Translations under genes and position numbers: made by a program
The notes under the pieces: generated by a model
Told to the model about the DNA's origin: nothing
The model's input: the letters and a program-made list of their open reading frames with translations, nothing else
The model's database searches: none
IMG/VR virus record: IMGVR_UViG_3300017978_000236
Source: an uncultured virus (IMG/VR IMGVR_UViG_3300017978_000236)
Taxonomy: Duplodnaviria > Heunggongvirae > Uroviricota > Caudoviricetes > Crassvirales
Direction: 5' to 3' (one strand)
Length of the DNA: 64,000 nt
In this document: piece after piece, positions 9,445-17,900 of the stretch
How the letters are laid out: each line of letters starts with the position of its first letter
How positions within the stretch are numbered: the first letter of the stretch is position 1

Positions 9445-9526
9445 ACCGAAATGACGTAAAAACGAATTGGCAGAGTATCCAGTCTTAGAAACTGGGGTTT
9501 TATGGGTTCGAGTCCCATTTTCGGTA
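9445..9526 (+). tRNA. tRNA-Leu(TAG), atypical (short variable region, enlarged D region)
   Basis: Acceptor ACCGAAA/TTTCGGT; anticodon arm CCAGT-CTTAGAA-ACTGG; T arm ATGGG-TTCGAGT-CCCAT. Confidence 0.8.
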
Positions 9527-9543
9527 CAAATAAAATAAATTCG

Positions 9544-9551
9544 TACTTTTG
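9544..9551 (+). promoter_or_regulatory. Bacteroidota -7 promoter element
   Basis: TACTTTTG(CA) upstream of the ORF at 9578; restarts transcription after the tRNA cassette. Confidence 0.6.
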
Positions 9552-9577
9552 CACTTTAATTTTAATATAATTTAATT

Positions 9578-10354
9578 ATGGCAAGACCAGTTACAAAGAA
9601 GGAGCTTCCTTCTAAGAAAGAATTTGAATTTAAAGATAGAATGTATCTTTTAAAAGGTAATGCAACACCAATCTCTTTTATGTTGCGTTCTAAACATTCA
9701 CCAAACAAACCACTTTTATATTTTGATCAAGAGTATAAAGTTAATCGTGCTTTAAGATGGAGTGATAATCAAACTTCTCCATTTATCGATGAGCAAGACG
9801 GATACGCTGTATCTACTCCTATTATTTTTGAGAATGGGTCCTTGTTTGTAAAGAAAGAACAAGTAGAATTACAAAAGTTCTTATCTATTTATCACCCAGA
9901 TAATAACAATGCTTATTACGAATTTGATGCTGAAGAAAAAGCAGCTGAAGAATATGATGAATTAACAGCCAAACTTGATGCTCAGGTTACAGCTAGAGAA
10001 ATGCCTATTGAAGAATTAGAGGCTATTGCTAGAGTGGTATTGAAAGGTAAAGTTGAATTGCTTACTTCTTCTGAATTAAGAAGAGATATGTTGATTTACG
10101 CTAGTAGAAATCCAGCAGAGTTTAATTCTTTAGTTAATGATGATTCTGTTAAGTTTAGAAACATTGCTATTAGAGCTGTACAGATGGATATCATCAATGT
10201 AAGTTCTGATGGAAGAACTGTTAATTGGAGCGGAAAAGACAAAGGAAGAATTATCACTGTACCATTTGGAGAGAATGCTTATTCTGCATTAGCTGCTTTC
10301 TTCTTGACGGATGAAGGTATGGATGTATTGTCTGATATTTCAAACAAATTGTAG
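9578..10354 (+). CDS. Conserved phage protein downstream of the capsid gene (possibly structural)
   Basis: 258 aa, well-biased codons, own promoter and terminator. Confidence 0.7.
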   Translation: MARPVTKKELPSKKEFEFKDRMYLLKGNATPISFMLRSKHSPNKPLLYFDQEYKVNRALRWSDNQTSPFIDEQDGYAVSTPIIFENGSLFVKKEQVELQKFLSIYHPDNNNAYYEFDAEEKAAEEYDELTAKLDAQVTAREMPIEELEAIARVVLKGKVELLTSSELRRDMLIYASRNPAEFNSLVNDDSVKFRNIAIRAVQMDIINVSSDGRTVNWSGKDKGRIITVPFGENAYSALAAFFLTDEGMDVLSDISNKL

Positions 10355-10385
10355 TATATTGTGTTAAATAACGATCAATTATAAT

Positions 10386-10418
10386 AAAAGCGCTCTCGAA
10401 AGGGGGTGCTTTTTTTTT
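10386..10418 (+). terminator. Intrinsic terminator
   Basis: AAAAGCGCTCTC-GAAA-GGGGGTGCTTTT followed by a T run. Confidence 0.8.
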
Positions 10419-10420
10419 AT

Positions 10421-10428
10421 TAACTTTG
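10421..10428 (+). promoter_or_regulatory. Bacteroidota -7 promoter element
   Basis: TAACTTTG(CA) upstream of the tail operon. Confidence 0.65.
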
Positions 10429-10444
10429 CACAAAATAACTAATT

Positions 10445-11122
10445 ATGATGATTAACGATGTAAGAAACATAGTTGACTTTATTTTGAATAAAGAAAGCCG
10501 TGGATACATAACTCCTTTGCAGTTCAACACATTTGCTAAACAGGCACAGCAAGAGATTGTTGATGATTATTTTTATGAGTATAATAAAGCGATAGTAGGT
10601 AAAACACAAAGGGTTAACTATAAAGATACTGTAACAAGAATAAAAGAAGCTATAGATGCTTTTATAGTTGCTCCTACTACAATGACGTTTTCAGGTGGAT
10701 TTTTTAACAGTCCATCTAACTTATACACTACAATAAATATAATTTACAATGGTAAAGAGGTAGAAGAAGTTTCTAGAGAAAAACTATCTTACTTCTTAAC
10801 TAATAATGTGGCTGGACCAAGTGTATTCTATCCTGCATACGTAAAATACGAAGATAAATATAAAGTATATCCAGATACAATTGTCTCTGGTGTTCAAATA
10901 ATATACTTCAGAAACCCTAAGGATCCAAACTGGACCTACGAGATGATTGGTGGTAACGCTATATTTAATCCTTCTAAACAAGGATTCCAAGACTTAGAGA
11001 TTGGGTATGATGATAAGTTTAAAATTATATCTAAAATATTAAAGTACGCTGGTTTAAATATGAGAGAGCCTGATATTGTTGGTGCTGCTATAGCACTTGA
11101 AAACCAAGAGGACGCAAAATAA
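10445..11122 (+). CDS. Tail adaptor / ring protein
   Basis: LNKESRGYITPLQFN and YFRNPKDPNWTY motifs typical of crAss-like ring (tail tubular) proteins; position. Confidence 0.65.
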   Translation: MMINDVRNIVDFILNKESRGYITPLQFNTFAKQAQQEIVDDYFYEYNKAIVGKTQRVNYKDTVTRIKEAIDAFIVAPTTMTFSGGFFNSPSNLYTTINIIYNGKEVEEVSREKLSYFLTNNVAGPSVFYPAYVKYEDKYKVYPDTIVSGVQIIYFRNPKDPNWTYEMIGGNAIFNPSKQGFQDLEIGYDDKFKIISKILKYAGLNMREPDIVGAAIALENQEDAK

Positions 11123-11133
11123 AAATATAAGAG

Positions 11134-11997
11134 ATGACTGATTTCGAATACTACGAGAATAGTGGGGCAAACCCTAAAGATGAGAATTGGGGTAATTATC
11201 AATATGTATTATTAAAAGATATTATAAATAACTTTTATATGATGTATGTTGGTGATGATAAAATAATAAATGACTGCAAAAGATATGAAGTTATATTTCA
11301 TGCTAAGAGAGGTCTTCAAGAATTAAACTACGATGTTGCTAAGGAAGTAAAAGCTATAGAGCTAGAGTTACCGACTAATCTTCAATTACCAGTTCCAAGA
11401 GACTATGTAAATTATGTTAGAATAAGTTGGGTTGACGAAGACGGTAATTTTAGACCTATAATTAGAAATAATCAGTCTGGTATTGTAAATTCATATCTTC
11501 AAGATAATAATTATAATATACTTTTTGATACCAATGGTCAAGCATTAGAAGGTACTTCAACTACAGAACTAAATAGTAGAAACCCAAAGTCAAATAATTT
11601 AAATGACAGTGGATCTACTTATTTAAATGGAGGTAGATTTGGTATAGATGGAAAAACAGCTAATCAAAATGGAACATTTGTCATAAACAAGAATTTAGGT
11701 GTTATGAGATTTAGTTCTGATTTAGTTGGTAAAACTATAGTAATAGAATACATTTCTGATGGATTATCTGATTTGTCAGAAGACGAAATAAAAGTAAATA
11801 AATTAGCTGAGAAGTTTTTATATCAATTTATAAAACACGAGATACTTACAAATAAGTTCGGTGTTCAAGAATATATAGTTCAGAGAGCTAAAGTAGAATA
11901 CAGAGCAATTAGAAATAACACTAAAATTAGAATGTCAAATATTCGTTACGATGAAATTTTACAATCTATTAGAGGTGGAAGTAACTGGATAAAATAA
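11134..11997 (+). CDS. Second tail ring / tubular protein
   Basis: LPVPRDYVNYVRISW and IEYISDGL motifs; position. Confidence 0.65.
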   Translation: MTDFEYYENSGANPKDENWGNYQYVLLKDIINNFYMMYVGDDKIINDCKRYEVIFHAKRGLQELNYDVAKEVKAIELELPTNLQLPVPRDYVNYVRISWVDEDGNFRPIIRNNQSGIVNSYLQDNNYNILFDTNGQALEGTSTTELNSRNPKSNNLNDSGSTYLNGGRFGIDGKTANQNGTFVINKNLGVMRFSSDLVGKTIVIEYISDGLSDLSEDEIKVNKLAEKFLYQFIKHEILTNKFGVQEYIVQRAKVEYRAIRNNTKIRMSNIRYDEILQSIRGGSNWIK

Positions 11998-11998
11998 T

Positions 11999-14900
11999 AT
12001 GGAGTTAAAAAAGACTTTTGTAGGTGGGTTAATGAACAAAGATTACGATGTTCGATTAATACCAGAGGGAGAGTATATTGATGCTGAGAATATCATAGTA
12101 TCAAACTCAGAAGGTTCTAGTTTAGGTCTTGTTCAAAAATCAAATGGATTAGATAAATTAACTAATTTAACTTTACCACTTAACGCTGTTACTATAGGAA
12201 GTATAACAGACGAGGGTAACGAATGTATTTACTGGTTTGTTACTTCAACTGCTGGTAATTTTGTATACGAGTATAATATATTAGATAATGAATCTTTATC
12301 TATAATCTTATCAGACACAAGATCTGGTTCTGCTAACGTATTAAACTTCAATTCTAAGTATAAAATAACTGGGGCTAATGTAATATATAATTCGTTTAAC
12401 AAGGAAAAACTTCTTGTATGGACGGACGACTTAAACCCTATACGCTGTATAAACGTAAATAGAGCCAAATCCTGGGCTGTAAATGGTTTTGCAACACAAG
12501 ATATCAGTTTATACAAAAGAGCTCCGTTTAGAGCTCCTAAATGTACTCCTACTCAGTTTGGTGATGGTACTGAAAATAATATAAAAGAAAGGTTTTTATC
12601 TTTTGGATATAGATATAGATATTTAGATGGAGAGTACAGTGCTACTTCTGCATTTAGTAATCCTCAATTTTATCCTTCTGATTTCTCATTTAATTTTTCT
12701 ACTCAAGAAAATAATGGGATGGTCAATTCATTTAACGCTATAAACGTTGGTTTTAATACTGGTGACAAAAACGTAACTGATGTACAGTTGTTGTTTAAAG
12801 AAAGTAATAGCGGAACGATATATGTTATTGAGAATTTAAACAAAGAAAAAGAAAAGTACGGAAATAATGCCGACAAAACTTTTTTATTTTCTAATAATAA
12901 AATATACTCTATACTTCCAGAGGATGAAGTAAATAGATTGTATGATAATATACCAGTTGTTGCAAAGGCTCAAGAATTTATAGGTAACAGACTTATGTTT
13001 GGTAACTATACTGAAGGTAGAGATCTTGTAGATATATCTGGTCAAAAAATAAATGTAGATTTTAAAACATCTTTTGTTGCTAAAGATTTAAAAGAAAATT
13101 TATTGAATACTACTGTTTCTAGTAGTGAAACTACGAATAATGTTTTAAACATACAGTTAGCACCGTCTGATATTGAAAAAGGTAAAATACTATCTATATC
13201 ATTTAGAGCTAGTAGTGATACCCCTTTCTTCGGTAACTACATGTGTGATTTATCTTTTTATTTAGAGAAAACATATTCTAGTGCTTTTGAACTTTCTCAA
13301 TCTGAAGAGTTTATTACTTTTTTAACAACTGTAGCAAGTAATAACTTTAGAAACGCTGATTTAAATAATACAGAACCTAATAACGATATAGAATCTTATC
13401 CTGATAAGTATAAGCCATTTGTATTGTTAACCGCTACTTCAAGTAATGTATTAAGTTTAAAAATACCATACATAAGACATAAAATAGATAGTACTCCTAA
13501 TGATACAAATGATTCTTTATTTACTTATCAAAACGAATACTATCACATAAAAGTAGATAGTGTAAATGTTTTTTCTTCAGATGATAATGTTTATGCTAGT
13601 TGTAAATCAATTAGAAGTTATGAAACTGGTATCGTATATTTAGACGAAGAGGGAAGATATTCTACTGTATTAACCAGCAAGGATAACACTATATTTATAC
13701 CAATTAAAAATAGCGTTACTAGTAATAACTTAAAATTAGAAATAAAAAGTAAAGCTCCTGCTTGGGCTAATAGATATAAAATATTTGTAAAAGATAGTAA
13801 ATTAAATTATCATACTATATATTCTGTTATCGCTTATGAAGACCAAGGGTTTATTTGGTTGAAGTTAGAAGGTCAGGATAAACAAAAAGTAAAAGAAGGA
13901 GACTATTTAATAGTAAAGAAAAATGTAAACGGATTTACCGATAACGTTGAAAAACTTCAAATTTTAGACTACGCTACAAGCGCAAGAGATTTTATTAAAG
14001 ATAATAAAAACCCTGCTGGTACAGATATAATAGAACCTTCTGGAGTATATATAAAAGTAAAATCATCATCTAATTTAACAATAGATGGAGCTGAGAAAAA
14101 CTTTTACGAGTTCAAGAAAGAGGCTATGGATACTGGTGACAACTTCTTTGTTTTTGCTGGAGGAGCTGCTGGCTTCTCTGTAAACAAAGGAACTTTAAGT
14201 CTTCCAGTTGTTGAGGACATTCCAATACCTCCTGGCAGTAGAATAGAAATAGAAATAAAAAACGAGAGAAGTGGTTTAACTACTGTAGAGTTTAAGAAAG
14301 AATATATATCTAGTGATAGTTATAACGACTTTCAAAGTTGGTTTCAAACAGAAGGAGATGGATTAGGTGATTTTAAAACCTATGAATTTGTAAGAGGATT
14401 TACAAAACCTTATGATACTGGTACTGGTACATTTGGAACAAAATTACCTAATAGAGGAGAGACAATAACGTTGAATCCTAATGGGTATTTATATTTAAAA
14501 GTAAAAAACCAATTGAATGGTAATGGGCAAAATCGTTCATTCTTAAATGCAAAAATAACTATAACAACTGGGTATAGTTTATTGATATTTGAAACTGATT
14601 CTATTGATAATACATCAGAAGTTTTTTACGAAACTCAAGATACTTATCTTATACAAAATGGTCTTCATATGTCTAATAAAGACGAATACCCTACTGATGT
14701 TGATCAAACTTCAAATGTACCAGCTATTATTAATTTGAATTGGTTTAATTGCTTTACTCAAGGTAATGGAGCTGAGAGTTACGTTATTAAAGATGTTTTT
14801 AATAAAAACTTTTTATCTACTAATTCAAGACCAAATGCTGTACAATTAGACGGATATAAACAAGTAAGGAACATAGCTTCTATAACTTATAGTGGACCTT

Positions 14901-17900
14901 TTGATAAAACAACTAATTATAATTCATTGAATGAATTTAACTTATCAAGAGCAAACTATAAAGACTTAGATGACAAATACGGAAGTATTCAAAAAATACA
15001 TTCTAGAGATACTGATTTAATAGTATTCCAAGAAGATAAAGTACACAGAATACTTTATAATAAAAATGTTTTATTTGATGCTGTAGGTGGTGGTAGTGTA
15101 TCTTCTATTGAAGATGTTCTTGGTCAAGAAATTCCTTTTGCTGGAGAATGGGGTATTAGTAGAAACCCAGAGAGTTTTTCATATTATGCAAACTCAATAT
15201 ATTTTACAGATACAAACAAAGGAGCTGTTTTAAGATTAGGTGGAGATGGATTAGAGCCTATATCTAGATACAAGATGCGCGATTGGTTTAAAGACAATTT
15301 AAAAGAATATAAAAATAACTTTAAGTATGGTGGGTTTGATCCTATCCATGATAATTATATTTTATCATTAGCTACAGATAAAGTTGACTATACAGCTTCT
15401 CTTATTTGTGGTCAAGCAATACAATGGTTGAACATACCATCTAATAGTTCTTATACTTATAATATAGAATTAGGAAATAACATAGGCAATCATCTTGTTA
15501 ACTATACAATTCCAGGAGGAAGTATTTTTGATTTTGAAATGGTTACAAATGGAGTTACTACTTACCTTGAAAATGCAACTGGTACTGGAAACTTCACTGT
15601 TCCTAAAACCACTACTGTATCAAGTGGTGTTTTAACTATATACAATAGAGAGAATACAATGGGATCGTTGTCTCTTAAAAATGTATGTGTTGGAAATCCT
15701 GAGTTAGAAGTAATTACTTTAGTTGTTGGAGATAGTTTAGACACTAATAAATCTATGACTAATAAATACGAATGGACAAATTCAGCTACGGCTACTAGTG
15801 GAAGTTCTTCTTTATTAGATGTATTTGCTGTTGGTGATGTAACTAGATTTAATTCTGATACAGGTGAAGAGGGTGAGAATGAAATACCTTATAATAACTC
15901 AGTAATAAAAGTAACTTCTACTAAAGCTACTGGACAATTTACGTCTTGTAATAGAATAGGATATGTTATTACTGCTAGTGATTTAACACCTCAACAAATA
16001 TTAGATTCTGCTACATATCCTGCAATCACAAATTCTGGAGATGATAACTATATTCAATTTACATTCAATAGAACTGGATCTCAAAAACTTTATTTAGTTT
16101 GGGATTATATAGATACTGAAAATTGTGATGTAGAAGCTACTCCTATAAGATTGTGTTTTAACGAATCAGATTATGCTTTAGCTTGTGAATGCGATGTTGT
16201 TCCAGTTAACTGTGTTGTTTCTGATTGGGGACCTTGGTCTACTTGTGTAGGAGGTACTCAAAGCAGAACACGTACTGTAATCACACCATCAGTTGGCGGA
16301 GGAACAGCTTGTCCTTCTTTAACAGAAAGCAGAAGTTGTATACCACCAGTAGACTGTGTTGTGTCTGAATGGAGTCAATGGTCAGATTGTGTAGATGGTT
16401 TCCAAACTAGAAGTAGAACTGTAATCACTCCAGCATCAGGTGGAGGCGCAGCTTGTCCTAGTTTAACTGAAACTAGAACTTGTTCAAGTATAGCAATAAC
16501 TAATGTAATATGTAACGATTCAGATGGAGGAAATACAGTTACTAAAAGATTTAGAATTACAATAGGTAATGCTCCTGTTAATTATACGATTAATCAAGGA
16601 ACAGTTGTTAATACAGCTGGTCTACAATATTCTATTGTTTCAACTCCTGGAGATGCTTACATACAAGTTGCATTTAAACCTGCTTTGACATTAGGAAACG
16701 AATTCTCTATTGAGTTACTACTCAAGAATTCTTCAGGTAATGTTGTTGGTACTAATGTTACTCAAACACTATACGGTGACTACCAAAGCTACTTACCTTC
16801 TTGTGTACCAGTAAACTGTGAAGTATCTGAATGGAGTGCTTGGTCTGCATGTTCAGATGGATCTTCTACAAGAACAAGAACCGTTGTTACTCAACCTAAC
16901 TGGTTAGGTACTGCTTGTCCTACACTTAGTGAAACAAGATCTTGTACTAATTGCGTAGTTTCAGAATGGTCAGCTTGGTCAGACTGTGTTGACGGAACTA
17001 AAACCAGGACTAGAACAGTAATTACCCCTGCATCAGGTGGAGGAACCGAGTGTCCTGTATTAACTGAAACAATAACTTGTTCTGGTATAGACATAACAGA
17101 TACTATATGCAATACCGATGGTGGTAGTACAATTACAAAAAGATTTAGAATAGCTTTAAATAACGCTCCTAGTACTTATACTATTGAATCAGCACCTGGA
17201 ACAGTTATAAATCCAGCTGGACTTGAATACTCTATAGTATCAACACCTGGAGATTGTTACATACAAGTTGCTTTTAGACCTGCCGTAACTTATGGAAATG
17301 AGTTTTCTATTCAATTATTGTTAAAGAACTCGTTAGGAAATACAGTTGGAATTAGCGGATCAGAAACTATGTATGGTAATTACCAAAGTTTCTTACCATC
17401 TTGTTTTCCAGTAGATTGTGTTGTATCTAACTGGAGTGCATGGTCTAATTGTGACGGAGGTACTCAGAGTAGAACTAGAACAGTTATAACACAACCAAAC
17501 TCACTTGGAGCTGCTTGTCCTGAACTTACAGAGACAAGAAATTGCCCAGTAGACTGCGTTGTTTCAGCTTGGTCAGCTTGGTCTACTTGCGATGCGGGTA
17601 CACAGACTAGAACTAGAACTGTTGTAACACCTGCTTTAAATGGTGGAGCTGCTTGTCCAGTGTTATCAGAAACTAGAGATTGCGCTATGGATTGCGTAGT
17701 ATCAGCTTGGTCTGATTGGAGTACTTGTTCAGAAGGTGTTCAAACTAGAACTAGAACAGTTGTAACTCCGTCTATGAATGGTGGGGCTGCTTGTCCTGTA
17801 CTTTCTGAAATGAGAGGATGTTCAAGTATAAATTTAGGATCTGTAACTTGTAATACTCAAGAAAACAATACTGTTACAAAACGATTTGCAATATCAATAG

